Below are positions 1-9,426 of a stretch of 64,000 bases of DNA, piece by piece. Each line of letters starts with the position of its first letter. The first letter of the stretch is position 1. Origin of the DNA: an uncultured Gemmatimonas sp. (GTDB lineage: Bacteria; Gemmatimonadota; Gemmatimonadetes; Gemmatimonadales; GWC2-71-9); assembly GCA_964439025.1 (NCBI GenBank), contig CAYTMW010000016.1, positions 9,216-73,215 on the forward strand. Reading direction: 5' to 3'. Made by a program: the position numbers and the translations under genes. The notes beneath the pieces were generated by a model, which was not told where the DNA came from, did not search any database, and worked only from the letters and a program-made list of their open reading frames with translations.

Positions 1-737
1 TCCACACCGAGGGAGGCGAAATACCCGACGACCCGGTCGTGCGCGCCGGGGCGCGTGTACACGTCGGGACGCGGCGACTCGACTACCCCGGCGATCACCA
101 GGGCGACGTCCTCCGTGCTCTGCGAGTCGGGAAGCTGGCGCGAGTCGGACCCGCCGTGGAGCGCGTTGCGCCCAAAATCGGTGCGCACCACCCCTGGCGA
201 GATGAGCGACACATGGATGCCGGGGTGGGTCTGCTCGACTTCGGCGCGGAAATTGGCGGTGAGTGCGTTGAGGAAATGCTTGGCGCCGTTGTAGGCGGAC
301 CGCATCGGAGCCATGGGAATCCGGCCCAGCATCGACGACACGTTGATGATGTGTCCCTCGCCGCGCGCCTTGAAGTGAGGCAACGCTTCCTGCATGCCGT
401 ACATCGCCGTGAGCACATTGACCCGTATCATGTCGTCCACATCCTGATCATCGAGCTCGGACGGAAGCCGCGAGATCCCCCGCCCCACATTGTTGATCCA
501 CACGTCGATGTGACCAAAGCGGGCGAGCGCCTCCGCGACTGCGCGACGCACATCCTCCCGCCGCATCGCGTCCGCCACGATGGCGAGCGCGTGCGGTCCG
601 CAGCGCTTTGCGACCGCCTTGAGCGCGTCCTGCCTCCGGGCCACGAGCGCAACTCGGGCACCTCGACCCGCCAGGAGCTCGGCGGTCGCGGCGCCAATCC
701 CGCCGCTCGCACCGGTGATGACGACGACCTTGTCCAT
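1..737 (-). CDS. short-chain dehydrogenase/reductase (SDR); C-terminus runs off the window
   Basis: Manual reverse translation from ATG (737-735) gives MDKVVVITGASGGIGAATAELLAGRGARVALVAR (TGxxxGxG) and later SAYNGAKHF (YxxxK). It is absent from the ORF track because there is no stop inside the window. Confidence 0.8.
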   Translation of the reverse strand, partial: MDKVVVITGASGGIGAATAELLAGRGARVALVARRQDALKAVAKRCGPHALAIVADAMRREDVRRAVAEALARFGHIDVWINNVGRGISRLPSELDDQDVDDMIRVNVLTAMYGMQEALPHFKARGEGHIINVSSMLGRIPMAPMRSAYNGAKHFLNALTANFRAEVEQTHPGIHVSLISPGVVRTDFGRNALHGGSDSRQLPDSQSTEDVALVIAGVVESPRPDVYTRPGAHDRVVGYFASLGV

Positions 738-859
738 GCGGGGAATGTACGGGCCTCGCGAAGCCCGGCGCCATCTCGGGGTGCTGGGTGCTGGGTGCGA
801 CCACTCGAGATCCCCCCGGACTGGCTTTGAAGCCGCCGATCCGCGAGTTTCCTGCTCCG

Positions 860-2413
860 ATGATCGCCCGCCGCCTCGCTCCCGCCCTCGGCCTGATATT
901 CCTTGCAGCGGCCGCCCCGCTCTCGGGGCAGCTGGCGCCGATCACCGTCCCTCGGGGACTCCTCCGCCTCGATTTTAGCGGCCGGTTCGATAGCTGGGAC
1001 CGCCGCTTCTTCAATGGCGCCAAACAGGACGCGGCGGCCGATTTCATCCACGACCCGCTCGATGGCGGCTTCCTCACCGACCTGGCGTTGGACGAGGCGG
1101 AGCTCCGGCGCATTACCGGGGTGCAAGCAATTTCTCTTTCGCTCGGCAAATCGTCTTCGTCGATGCTGGTCAACATCGGGACCGGGAGCATCGGCGCCGC
1201 CTACGGTCTCAGCCGCCGGCTGACCCTCTTCGGCACTGTTCCGATCGTTCGGGTCCGGGTGCAGAACACCTTCACGGTCGATACAACAGGCGCCACCGCG
1301 GGCTTCAATCCGAGCCATCCGCTCTTCGGCGACGCCACGCTTGCGGGGCAGACAGCGAATTTCCTCGGCCAGCTCGACGCCGCGCTCGCTACGCTCACCT
1401 CGAAGCTCGCCGGCGGCGACTACGACGCCAATCCGACCGAGAAGGCGCTGGCGCAGCAGACCCTCGCCCAAGGCACCGACCTGCAGACCGATCTGGAGGA
1501 CCTCTTCCTGACGGCGACCTTTCTCCCTCTCGCCGGAACTTCGGCGGCGGGAGCGATCACAACCCCAATCGAGACGCTGCGGACCAACATCACGAGCCTG
1601 AGTGTGCCGGGATTCGTTGCGGCACCGGCGTTCCCCGCGCTCACAGTCAGCGGCACGGCGTTCGAGGACTACGTGACGCGGACCGCCGGGCCAATCTCCG
1701 GCAATCCCTTTCAGCCGCCAATACTGCAGTACATCGGGGACATCGAAGTCGGGGCGGCGTTCGCATGGCTCGAGCACCGGCCCGCGCGCGGGATCGCCAT
1801 TCGCTCGGTGGTTCAGGGGACCGTGCGGCTCCGGACCGGGAGACTCGATCTCCCCGACAGTTTCTTCGATCTGTCCACGGGAGATCGCCAACCCGACGTG
1901 CAGGGAGACCTGGTCACCGACCTCATGGGAGGGGGATTCGGCGCGCGGGTGACGGCTCGGTACGTCTATCAGCTTCCGGGACGGCTGACCCGGCGCATCA
2001 GCCCCCCCGACCAGCCGATCGCGCCGGCGGCGAACACTGCGGCGCTCGAGCGGGATCCCGGCGAGATCATCGAAGTGGGAATCGAGCCCTACTTCCGGCT
2101 CGGTCCCACGCTGGCGCTGATCGCGGGCGTCCGCCGATGGACCAAGGGCGCGGACACATACACCTACGTGAGAAATCAGAATCCGATCGAGGGACTGTCG
2201 CCCGTCGTCCTCGCGATCGGCACGAAGGAAAACGGCGCGGTGCTCTCCGCCGGGCTCAGCTTTGCGCACGACGGAAAGCGCAAGGATGGGTCGACGGGAT
2301 TCCCGATGGACGCGTCGCTCAGGTGGGAGCGGGTGATCGGATCGTCGCTGGGGCGTGTGCCGATCAGGCACACGGTTGCGATGCAATTGCGACTGTACCG
2401 GAAGCTCTTCTAG
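860..2413 (+). CDS. secreted / outer-membrane beta-barrel-like protein, function unknown
   Basis: ORF 788..2413. The internal Met at 860 gives a signal-peptide-like MIARRLAPALGLIFLAAAAPLSGQ. The sequence has a Gly/Thr/Ala-rich alternating pattern and an aromatic C-terminus (...LRLYRKLF) typical of OMPs. Confidence 0.5.
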   Translation: MIARRLAPALGLIFLAAAAPLSGQLAPITVPRGLLRLDFSGRFDSWDRRFFNGAKQDAAADFIHDPLDGGFLTDLALDEAELRRITGVQAISLSLGKSSSSMLVNIGTGSIGAAYGLSRRLTLFGTVPIVRVRVQNTFTVDTTGATAGFNPSHPLFGDATLAGQTANFLGQLDAALATLTSKLAGGDYDANPTEKALAQQTLAQGTDLQTDLEDLFLTATFLPLAGTSAAGAITTPIETLRTNITSLSVPGFVAAPAFPALTVSGTAFEDYVTRTAGPISGNPFQPPILQYIGDIEVGAAFAWLEHRPARGIAIRSVVQGTVRLRTGRLDLPDSFFDLSTGDRQPDVQGDLVTDLMGGGFGARVTARYVYQLPGRLTRRISPPDQPIAPAANTAALERDPGEIIEVGIEPYFRLGPTLALIAGVRRWTKGADTYTYVRNQNPIEGLSPVVLAIGTKENGAVLSAGLSFAHDGKRKDGSTGFPMDASLRWERVIGSSLGRVPIRHTVAMQLRLYRKLF

Positions 2414-2418
2414 AGCGC

Positions 2419-4080
2419 CTAGCGCGCGGCGGAGCCCAGCATCGCGAGGGCATGGCGGCGGGCGGTTTCGCCGTCGGGGTCACCCAGCATGCGGGCCAGC
2501 TCGGCGACCCGATCCTCGCCGTGGATCCACTCGACGTCGCTGGTGGCCACGCCCCCGCGGGGCTTTTTCGAAACCACCAGGTGACGGTCGGCCCGCGCGG
2601 CGATCTGGGGAAGATGGGTAATGACCAGCACCTGGTGCCGCTCCGCCACGTCGGCAAGCGCGGCGCCGACCTGCCCGCCGATCTCGCCACCGATGCCCTG
2701 ATCCACCTCATCGAAGACCAGCGTCGGGACCGCGTCATGCCGGGCCAGCACGACCTTGAGCGCGAGCATCAACCTGGAGAGCTCGCCCCCCGAGGCGACT
2801 TTGGTCAGCGGCCGCTCCTCCATTCCGGCGTTGAGCTGCACCAGGAACTGAATCGACTCGGCCCCGAAGGCGGCGGGTGCGGGAAGCGACTGGAGAGCCA
2901 CGGTCAGCTGTCCCCCCGAGAGCCCGAGCTTCGGTAGCAGGCGATTGACGCCCCGCGCCAGCCGCTCGGCGGCGCCGAGTCGCCGGGTGGTAAGGATGCT
3001 CGCCGCCGCGGTCACCGCCGCGGCGAGTACGGCGCGCCGCGCGGCGAGCGCACGCAGGTCGAGATCGGCGGTATCCAGCAGATCGAGCTCGGCCCCCGCG
3101 GTGCGCCGGGTCTCCAGCACCGCCGCCAGCGACTCTCCATATTTCTGCTTCAGCCGATAGATCAGATCGCGGCGAGCCTCCAGCTCGGCGAGCCGCCCCG
3201 GATCGTTCTCCAGACTCCCGGCGTAGTCGCGGGCCGTTCGCGCCAGCTCGGTCAAGTTGGCGTACGCCCCATCCAGGAGCTCGCGCCATTCGCTCGCCGT
3301 GGGATCGGTGCGCTCGAGCTGGCCCAGCGAGCGCTCCGCCTGGCCGACCGCCTCGAGCGCGGAGCCGCGATCGCCGTCGAGCGCTTCGGCGATCCGCAGC
3401 GCGGCGGCGATGAGCTGTTCGGCGTGCCCGAGCCGGCGGGCCTCGAGGTCCAGGGACGCCTCTTCGCCGGGGCAGAGCCGCACGGCGTCGATTTCCGATA
3501 CCACATGCCGGAGATAGTCCGCTCGCCGGCGCACCTCTTCACGCCGCGCGGTCAGCGTCGCCTCCTGCTCCCGGATCGCAAGGAGGGCCGAGACCGCCTC
3601 CGCTACGACGCGCCGCTCCCCTCCTGCCTCGCCGAAGGCGTCGAGCAGATCTCGCTGGGTGTCAGCGCGAAGCAGCGACTGCGCGTCGTGCTGGCCATGC
3701 AGGTCCACGAGCACCGAGCCAAGCTCGGCGAGGATCCCCGCGGTCGTGGGACTTCCGTTCACCCAGGCGCGGGAGCGCCCTTCGGCTGCGATCTCGCGCC
3801 GCACCACCAGACGGCCCTCGTCGAGATCGAGCCCCATCGCTTCGATCCGCGCGCGGAGTCCCGCGGGAACATCCTCGAACACGCCCTCGACCACCGCGCG
3901 CGCTTTGCCGGGCCGGATGGCTCCGCTGTCGGCGCGGCCGCCGAGGAGTAGGCTCAGCGCGTCCACCAGCATCGACTTCCCCGCACCGGTTTCGCCGGTG
4001 AGCACGTTGAGACCGGGCCCGAGCGGGAGGGAGACGTCGGCGATGGTGGCCAAATCGCGGACGCGCAGCTCGGCGATCAC
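2419..4080 (-). CDS. recN: DNA repair protein RecN
   Basis: ORF 2419..4113 has Walker A GETGAGKS and SMC-like coiled coils. Start moved to GTG 4080 (VIAELRVRDLATI), which forms a GTGA overlap with the nadK stop and gives 553 aa. Confidence 0.9.
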   Translation of the reverse strand: MIAELRVRDLATIADVSLPLGPGLNVLTGETGAGKSMLVDALSLLLGGRADSGAIRPGKARAVVEGVFEDVPAGLRARIEAMGLDLDEGRLVVRREIAAEGRSRAWVNGSPTTAGILAELGSVLVDLHGQHDAQSLLRADTQRDLLDAFGEAGGERRVVAEAVSALLAIREQEATLTARREEVRRRADYLRHVVSEIDAVRLCPGEEASLDLEARRLGHAEQLIAAALRIAEALDGDRGSALEAVGQAERSLGQLERTDPTASEWRELLDGAYANLTELARTARDYAGSLENDPGRLAELEARRDLIYRLKQKYGESLAAVLETRRTAGAELDLLDTADLDLRALAARRAVLAAAVTAAASILTTRRLGAAERLARGVNRLLPKLGLSGGQLTVALQSLPAPAAFGAESIQFLVQLNAGMEERPLTKVASGGELSRLMLALKVVLARHDAVPTLVFDEVDQGIGGEIGGQVGAALADVAERHQVLVITHLPQIAARADRHLVVSKKPRGGVATSDVEWIHGEDRVAELARMLGDPDGETARRHALAMLGSAAR

Positions 4081-4943
4081 GGAGGCGTCTCGCGGTCGGA
4101 GAGGTCGCCCCACCGGAGGCTGGCGCGCATGCGGGCGAAGTAGTCGGACTGAAACCGCACCAGCAGCACCGGGGACTTACCGCTCTGGAGATCCACCCGG
4201 TCCTCGGCTCCAAGCATCATCGCCAGCTGGCCGTCCACCGAGACCAGCAGATCTTCGGCCCACGGCCGGATGCCGCCGATGCTGATTCGCGCGTCGGCGG
4301 GAATGACGACCGGACGCACCGCGAGGGTGTGGGCGGCGATCGGCGTGATGATCAGGGCGTTGACGCCGGGCACCACGATCGGCCCTCCAGCGGAGAGCGA
4401 GTAGGCCGTGGAGCCCGTCGGCGTCGCGATGATGAGGCCGTCGGCGCTGTAGTTGCCGACCTCCTGGCCGTTCACCCGAACGTTGAGGCCGATCAGGCGG
4501 GCAACGCCGCCCTTGTGGACGGTCACATCGTTCAGGGCGACGGGGAGCTCGCTCGGCTCACCGCGGGCCGGGACGATCGCGGCTTGCAGAGTGCCCCGCT
4601 CCTCGGTCACATAGTTGCCCGAGGCGAGGCGGTCGAGCGCCTCCTCGATGCCGTCCTTGCCGGCGGCGGTGAGGAATCCCACCCGTCCGAGGTTGAGGCC
4701 GAGCACCGGCACGGCAGCACCCTTGAGGAGCCGGGCCCCGCGAAGGAGCGTGCCGTCGCCGCCCAGCGTAACCAGGGCATCGAGTGACGCCGAGCCGATC
4801 GGCGGGAGATGCCGCGGCCAGTAGGGCTCGAGCGGCGGCTCGGAGAAGAGCATCATGCCGAGGCCCTCCGCACGCGCGGCCATCCCTGGCAGGATGGCCG
4901 CGAGCCCGGCATAGCGGGGATTGCCGACGACGCCGACCTTCAT
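4077..4943 (-). CDS. nadK: NAD(+) kinase
   Basis: 288 aa with the GGDGTLL motif and ...ATPTGSTAYSLSAGGPIV. Confidence 0.9.
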   Translation of the reverse strand: MKVGVVGNPRYAGLAAILPGMAARAEGLGMMLFSEPPLEPYWPRHLPPIGSASLDALVTLGGDGTLLRGARLLKGAAVPVLGLNLGRVGFLTAAGKDGIEEALDRLASGNYVTEERGTLQAAIVPARGEPSELPVALNDVTVHKGGVARLIGLNVRVNGQEVGNYSADGLIIATPTGSTAYSLSAGGPIVVPGVNALIITPIAAHTLAVRPVVIPADARISIGGIRPWAEDLLVSVDGQLAMMLGAEDRVDLQSGKSPVLLVRFQSDYFARMRASLRWGDLSDRETPP

Positions 4944-6835
4944 CGGGCTTCGAAGCTCTCCTCGTGATGGAGCGCCATGATGCGCGCCGCGATCCCGGCG
5001 CCGGTGAGTCCGTAGCGCGCGAGCTGTTCGGCCCGCGGCGCTTGGTCGATGAGGCAGTCGGGGACGCCGAGACAGGCGACGCGAACCTCCGGGTGCGTGG
5101 CCTGCAGCTCGCGCGCGAGCATCGCCCCGAAGCCGTTGACCACGGTGCCCTCCTCGATCGTCACGAGAACCTTGGTGCCGAGGACCACCGATTCGAGCAT
5201 GATCTCGTCATAGGGCTTCAGGAAGCGGCAGTTGATCACCGCCGCATCGATCCCTTCGGCGGCGAGCCGGCCCGCGGCGTCGAGCGCGGGCTGCACCATC
5301 GTGCCAACCGCGAGGAGCGCCACATCCTTGCCGGGCCGCACTGCTTCCCAGGTGCCAAATGGCACGGCCGGGACGCCGGCGACGGGTGACGGCTCCGCGG
5401 GAGCCTTGTCGCGGGGGTAGCGCATCGAGAAGGGACCATTGTGATCCAGCGCCGTCCGAAGCAGCCCGACCAGCTCGTCGCCGTCCTTGGGCGCCGTCAC
5501 TGTCATTCCCGGTACCGCCAGCATGTAGGCAATGTCATAGAGCCCCATGTGGGTCTGGCCGTCTTCCCCGACGAGCCCCGCCCGGTCCATGCAGAACACC
5601 ACCGGGAGGTGCTGCACGGCGACATCGTGGATGATGCTGTCGTACGCGCGCTGGAGGAACGTGCTGTAAATCGCGCAGATGGGACGGACGCCCTGCGTGG
5701 CCAGCCCGCCGGCGAAGGTGACCGCGTGTGCTTCGGCGATTCCCACATCGAAGAACCGCTCGGGCCATTGCTTCTGGAAGATGCCGGTGCCGGTGCCCGA
5801 GGGCATCGCCGCGGTGATGACCACGAAGTCGGGGATCTCGTGCGCCAGCGCGGTCAGGCCGTCACCCACCACCTGGGTCCAGGTCGGGGGACCGCTGGCT
5901 TTCTTCCGCGCCTCGCCGGTGACCGGATCGTACGCCGCGAGCCCGTGCCACTTCTCCTTGTTCGACTCGGCCAGCGCGAAGCCCTTCCCCTTTTCCGTGA
6001 GCACGTGCACCACCCGGGGTCCGGAGAGACCGCGCACGAACTGGAGCGTCTCGCACAGCTTCTTGACGTCGTGGCCGTCGATCGGGCCGAAGTAGCGGAA
6101 GCCCAGCTCCTCGAAGAACATCCCCTCGGAAAAGAGATTCTTGGCGCTCTCCTCGACGTTCTTGGCAAACTCCACCACCCCTTCGCCGAAGAGGTGGCCC
6201 GCTTTGATGGTGAGCGCCTTGACCGTCTCGCGCATCCGGTTGGTGAACGGGCTCGCCACGATCCGGCCAAGGGTCTTGCTGATCGCCCCGACGTTGGGAG
6301 AAATCGACATCCCGTTGTCGTTCACGATGAGGATGATGTCCCGGTCGGAGTGGCCGGCGTTGTTCATCCCTTCGTAGGATAGACCGCAGGTCAGCGCCCC
6401 GTCGCCCACCACCGCGACCACCTTGTGCGAGAGGCCCTGCAGGTCGCGCGCGGTAGCCATGCCGAGCGCCGCCGACATCGCCGTGCCCGCGTGCCCGGCG
6501 CCGAAGTGGTCGTGCGGATTCTCGCCGCGCTTGAGGAACCCGGAGATGCCGCCGGTCTGCCGGAGCGAATCGAAGACCTCGTTGCGGCCGGTGAGGAGCT
6601 TCCAGGCGTAGGCCTGGTGCCCGACGTCCCAGACCACCTTGTCGGTGGGCGAATCGAATTCGTAGAGGAGGGCGATGGTCAGCTCGACGACGCCGAGGCT
6701 CGCGCCGATGTGCCCGCCGGTGACGGAGCAGGCTTCGATCAGCCGCTCACGGATCTCCTGGGCGAGCTCGGGGAGCTGGTCGCGGCGCAGGCGCTTGAGG
6801 TCTGCGGGACTCGCGATGCCGGCAAGCAGGGACAT
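4940..6835 (-). CDS. dxs: 1-deoxy-D-xylulose-5-phosphate synthase
   Basis: ORF 4940..6850 with the TPP motif VVGDGALTCGLSYEGMNNAG. The likely start is ATG 6835 (MSLLAGIASPADLKRL) behind GGGAG. Confidence 0.92.
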   Translation of the reverse strand: MSLLAGIASPADLKRLRRDQLPELAQEIRERLIEACSVTGGHIGASLGVVELTIALLYEFDSPTDKVVWDVGHQAYAWKLLTGRNEVFDSLRQTGGISGFLKRGENPHDHFGAGHAGTAMSAALGMATARDLQGLSHKVVAVVGDGALTCGLSYEGMNNAGHSDRDIILIVNDNGMSISPNVGAISKTLGRIVASPFTNRMRETVKALTIKAGHLFGEGVVEFAKNVEESAKNLFSEGMFFEELGFRYFGPIDGHDVKKLCETLQFVRGLSGPRVVHVLTEKGKGFALAESNKEKWHGLAAYDPVTGEARKKASGPPTWTQVVGDGLTALAHEIPDFVVITAAMPSGTGTGIFQKQWPERFFDVGIAEAHAVTFAGGLATQGVRPICAIYSTFLQRAYDSIIHDVAVQHLPVVFCMDRAGLVGEDGQTHMGLYDIAYMLAVPGMTVTAPKDGDELVGLLRTALDHNGPFSMRYPRDKAPAEPSPVAGVPAVPFGTWEAVRPGKDVALLAVGTMVQPALDAAGRLAAEGIDAAVINCRFLKPYDEIMLESVVLGTKVLVTIEEGTVVNGFGAMLARELQATHPEVRVACLGVPDCLIDQAPRAEQLARYGLTGAGIAARIMALHHEESFEAR

Positions 6836-6856
6836 GCCACTCCCGGGCAAGAGGGC

Positions 6857-7759
6857 TTACGAGCGACGCTGCACAATATAACCGGCGAGGGTCAGCAGAG
6901 TGTCGCTGGTGACGCCGCCATTCTCCAGCTCCGTGCGGGCGGCGCGGGCGTGACGGAGCGCTTCCTGACGCGCACCTTCCTGCCCCAGTACGCTGACATA
7001 GGTGGCCTTTGCCAGGGTGGCATCCCGGCCGGCGGTCTTCCCCAGCTCCTCCGTGGTGGCGGTGGCGTCGAGAAGATCGTCGGCGATCTGGAAGGCGATC
7101 CCGATCTCCCGCCCGTATGCCGTGAGCGTGGTGATCATCGCCTCGTCGTTGCCGGCGGCCAGCGCGCCCAGCGCGCAGGCGGCCTCGATCAGCGCTCCGG
7201 TTTTCCGGCGATGGATCTCGACCAGCTCGGCAAGGTCGAGGCTCTGACCTTCGGCTTCCAGATCGAGCCACTGGCCGCCGACCATGCCGCGGATTCCGCT
7301 CGCCTCGAGGAGGATGCTGCCCATGCGGCCGAGTCGCGCGGCGTCGAGGCCGAGCTCGGCGGCGCCATCGGCCAGCTCCTCGACCGCGACCGGCACCATG
7401 ACGAATCCCGCCCGGGTGGCCGTCGGGACGTCGTACTGCACATGCGTGGTGGGCCGGCCGCGCCGCTGCGCGTCGTCGTCCATGCAGGGGAGATCGTCGT
7501 GCACCAGTGAATAGGTGTGCACGATCTCGACCGCCGCGGCGATCCCCGCGATCCCCGGAGCGCGACCACCCGCCGCGCGATAACTAGCGAGCACGAGCGC
7601 GGGGCGCACCCGTTTCCCGGCGGTGCCGAGGGCGTAGGCAAGCGCCTCCCCGTCGCGGCCGCCGGGGGACCGCCGGAGACGCGCAGCGCGCGTGGCGAGA
7701 CGGGCGTCGGCGAGATTGCGGGCTTCGGCGAGAAGAGCCTCGGCCGACTCGGGCCTCAT
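6857..7759 (-). CDS. ispA: polyprenyl (farnesyl/geranylgeranyl) diphosphate synthase
   Basis: Contains both aspartate-rich motifs, VHDDLPCMDDDAQRRGRPT and FQIADDLLD. Confidence 0.85.
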   Translation of the reverse strand: MRPESAEALLAEARNLADARLATRAARLRRSPGGRDGEALAYALGTAGKRVRPALVLASYRAAGGRAPGIAGIAAAVEIVHTYSLVHDDLPCMDDDAQRRGRPTTHVQYDVPTATRAGFVMVPVAVEELADGAAELGLDAARLGRMGSILLEASGIRGMVGGQWLDLEAEGQSLDLAELVEIHRRKTGALIEAACALGALAAGNDEAMITTLTAYGREIGIAFQIADDLLDATATTEELGKTAGRDATLAKATYVSVLGQEGARQEALRHARAARTELENGGVTSDTLLTLAGYIVQRRS

Positions 7760-7986
7760 CCCTCGAAGTCGGTGACGTGCAGCTGGCCGGCAGCGTCCTC
7801 GAGGACTTTCTGCACCCGGGCTTCCGCCTCGGCCAGACGATCGCGCGCGGCGCGGAGGCGGGAGACGCCTTCCTCGAAGAGCTGGAGCGCGCGGTCGAGG
7901 TCGGTGTCTTCGGCTTCGAGGCTGCGCACGATCTCCTCCAGGCGGCGGAGGTCGGTGGTCAGGCTCTCTTGCATCGAATCTGGCAT
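7756..7986 (-). CDS. xseB: exodeoxyribonuclease VII small subunit
   Basis: ORF 7756..8091. The conserved part is LEEIVRSLEAEDTDLDRALQLFEEGVSRLR. Start set to the internal ATG 7986 (MPDSMQESL). Confidence 0.85.
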   Translation of the reverse strand: MPDSMQESLTTDLRRLEEIVRSLEAEDTDLDRALQLFEEGVSRLRAARDRLAEAEARVQKVLEDAAGQLHVTDFEG

Positions 7987-8104
7987 TGCTTGTGGGTTCT
8001 CCCCCGGGTTAGGGTCCGCGGGACACTCCCGGGCTGGCGTAGGACTCGCCCACCCGTCGCCCGGGTGAATCACCAGGAGCCCAGATGTCACGCCCGAGGC
8101 GGAG

Positions 8105-8287
8105 GCTCAGGGTGACGACCGGCGACTTCCAGCGGGCGCAGGGAGCGGGCTGACGACGGGGGTGCTAGTGAGTACCGCGAACTCGAGCGCCCCCGGAGGC
8201 CAGCCCGCCCCGAGCACACGGAAAAACACGCGGCTCCGCCCCCTTCGCTCCCCCTTCGCCGCGCTCAGGGCCGCGGCTCAGGGCGAC
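8105..8287 (+). repeat. ~170-180-bp dispersed structured repeat, copy A (xseA-xseB spacer), ending in REP cores
   Basis: It aligns by eye over about 150 nt with the reverse complement of 55572-55740 (CAGCGGGCGCAGGG.GCGGGCTGACGACGGGGGTGCTAGTGAG....GCGAACTCGAGCGCCCCCGGAGG.CAGCCCGC..CCGAG). Confidence 0.8.
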
Positions 8288-9420
8288 AGACTTTGGGCGC
8301 GCACGTCTCCGTCTCTCACCGTGAGCGTGAACGGCGTGTCGGGCGGCAAGTCGGCCTTCCTTCGCACGACGCGTCCGTCCTCGAGCCGGGCGACGCTGTA
8401 CCCTCTCCCCAACACCTTGAGCGGGCTCAGGGCCTCGAGCTGGCCCGCATACCGGTCGAGCCGCGACCGGGGCTCTTCCAGGCGCCGGCCCATCGCAACC
8501 TGAATGCGATCGCGGCTCCGCGCCAGCCGCGCGGAGACCAGCGCCGTCCGCCGCCTGAGCCCATGGGCCAGACGGGACGCGAGCGACTCCACATGCCGCA
8601 GGGTATCCCCGCGATCCGGCAGCGCGAGCTCGACCGCCGCGGAAGGGGTGGCGGCGCGGGCATCGGCGACCAGATCTGTGAGCGACACGTCGGTCTCATG
8701 ACCCACGGCGGAGATGCTCGGCATCCTCAAGGCGGCGACGGCACGGCAGACTCGCTCGTCATCGAAGGCGCTGAGATCCTCCTTGGAGCCACCTCCACGG
8801 CCGATGATGCAGAGGTCCACCCGCTCCAGGCGGTTCACCGCCGCAAGCGCCCGCACCAGCGTCTCGGGAGCTTCTGTCCCCTGCACTTTGGCGGGCACCA
8901 CCAGAAGCCGAACCGAAGGCCAGCGTCTCCGGGTCACGATGATGATGTCGCGGAGGGCAGCGCCGTCAGCGCTGGTCACCACTGCGATCCGGGTGGGGAA
9001 CTGCGGAAAGCTCCGCTTTCTCGCGGGGTCGAGCAGGCCGTCCTTTTCCAGAGCCGCCTTGACCCGCTCCCGGGCGAGCTGAGCAAGGCCGATTCCGGAG
9101 GTCGGGAGGAGGACAACCACCGACATCCGAAGCTCACCACGCTCTTCCCAGACTGTGGGACTTCCAAGGGCATATACCTCGGTGCCGTCGGCGACGACCG
9201 CGCCGACTTTTGATGTGTACGTTTTCCACATGACGCAGCGAACGGCACTGTGAGGATCGCACAAACTGAAGTACCAGTGGCCACTTCCGTACGCTTTGAA
9301 CGAAGTGACTTCACCCTTGACCCAGACCTGACCGGTGGCGCCTTCGACGCTTCGACGGAGTGTGGCAACGAGCTCGGAGACCGTCAGCGCGGTAGGGACC
9401 GGCCCCTTCGCTTCGCTCAG
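8278..9420 (-). CDS. xseA: exodeoxyribonuclease VII large subunit (start codon unresolved)
   Basis: The track ORF 8278..9264 starts at TTG in the middle of the N-terminal OB fold. The same frame stays open upstream and encodes [42 protein letters not shown], but has no ATG/GTG/TTG. The only candidates are CTG 9420 and CTG 9387. Confidence 0.8.
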   Translation of the reverse strand: MSEAKGPVPTALTVSELVATLRRSVEGATGQVWVKGEVTSFKAYGSGHWYFSLCDPHSAVRCVMWKTYTSKVGAVVADGTEVYALGSPTVWEERGELRMSVVVLLPTSGIGLAQLARERVKAALEKDGLLDPARKRSFPQFPTRIAVVTSADGAALRDIIIVTRRRWPSVRLLVVPAKVQGTEAPETLVRALAAVNRLERVDLCIIGRGGGSKEDLSAFDDERVCRAVAALRMPSISAVGHETDVSLTDLVADARAATPSAAVELALPDRGDTLRHVESLASRLAHGLRRRTALVSARLARSRDRIQVAMGRRLEEPRSRLDRYAGQLEALSPLKVLGRGYSVARLEDGRVVRRKADLPPDTPFTLTVRDGDVRAQSLSP

Positions 9421-9426
9421 GGTGAC
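9401..9426 (+). repeat. REP core (GGCCCCTTCGCTTCGCTCAGGGTGAC)
   Basis: Same 26-mer family as at 34689, 34794, 8251 and 55572. It overlaps the folD stop and the xseA 5' end. Confidence 0.8.

Noticed and set aside
428-2386. Very long ORFs antisense to, or out of frame with, recognised genes (e.g. 428..2386, 10229..11932, 12571..14970, 19532..20956, 20839..22275, 36431..37762, 48404..50323, 60854..62377).
   Set aside because: Their translations are Arg/Pro/Gly/Ala-rich low-complexity sequence, typical of non-coding frames in high-GC DNA. Each overlaps a gene with clear family motifs on the other strand or frame.
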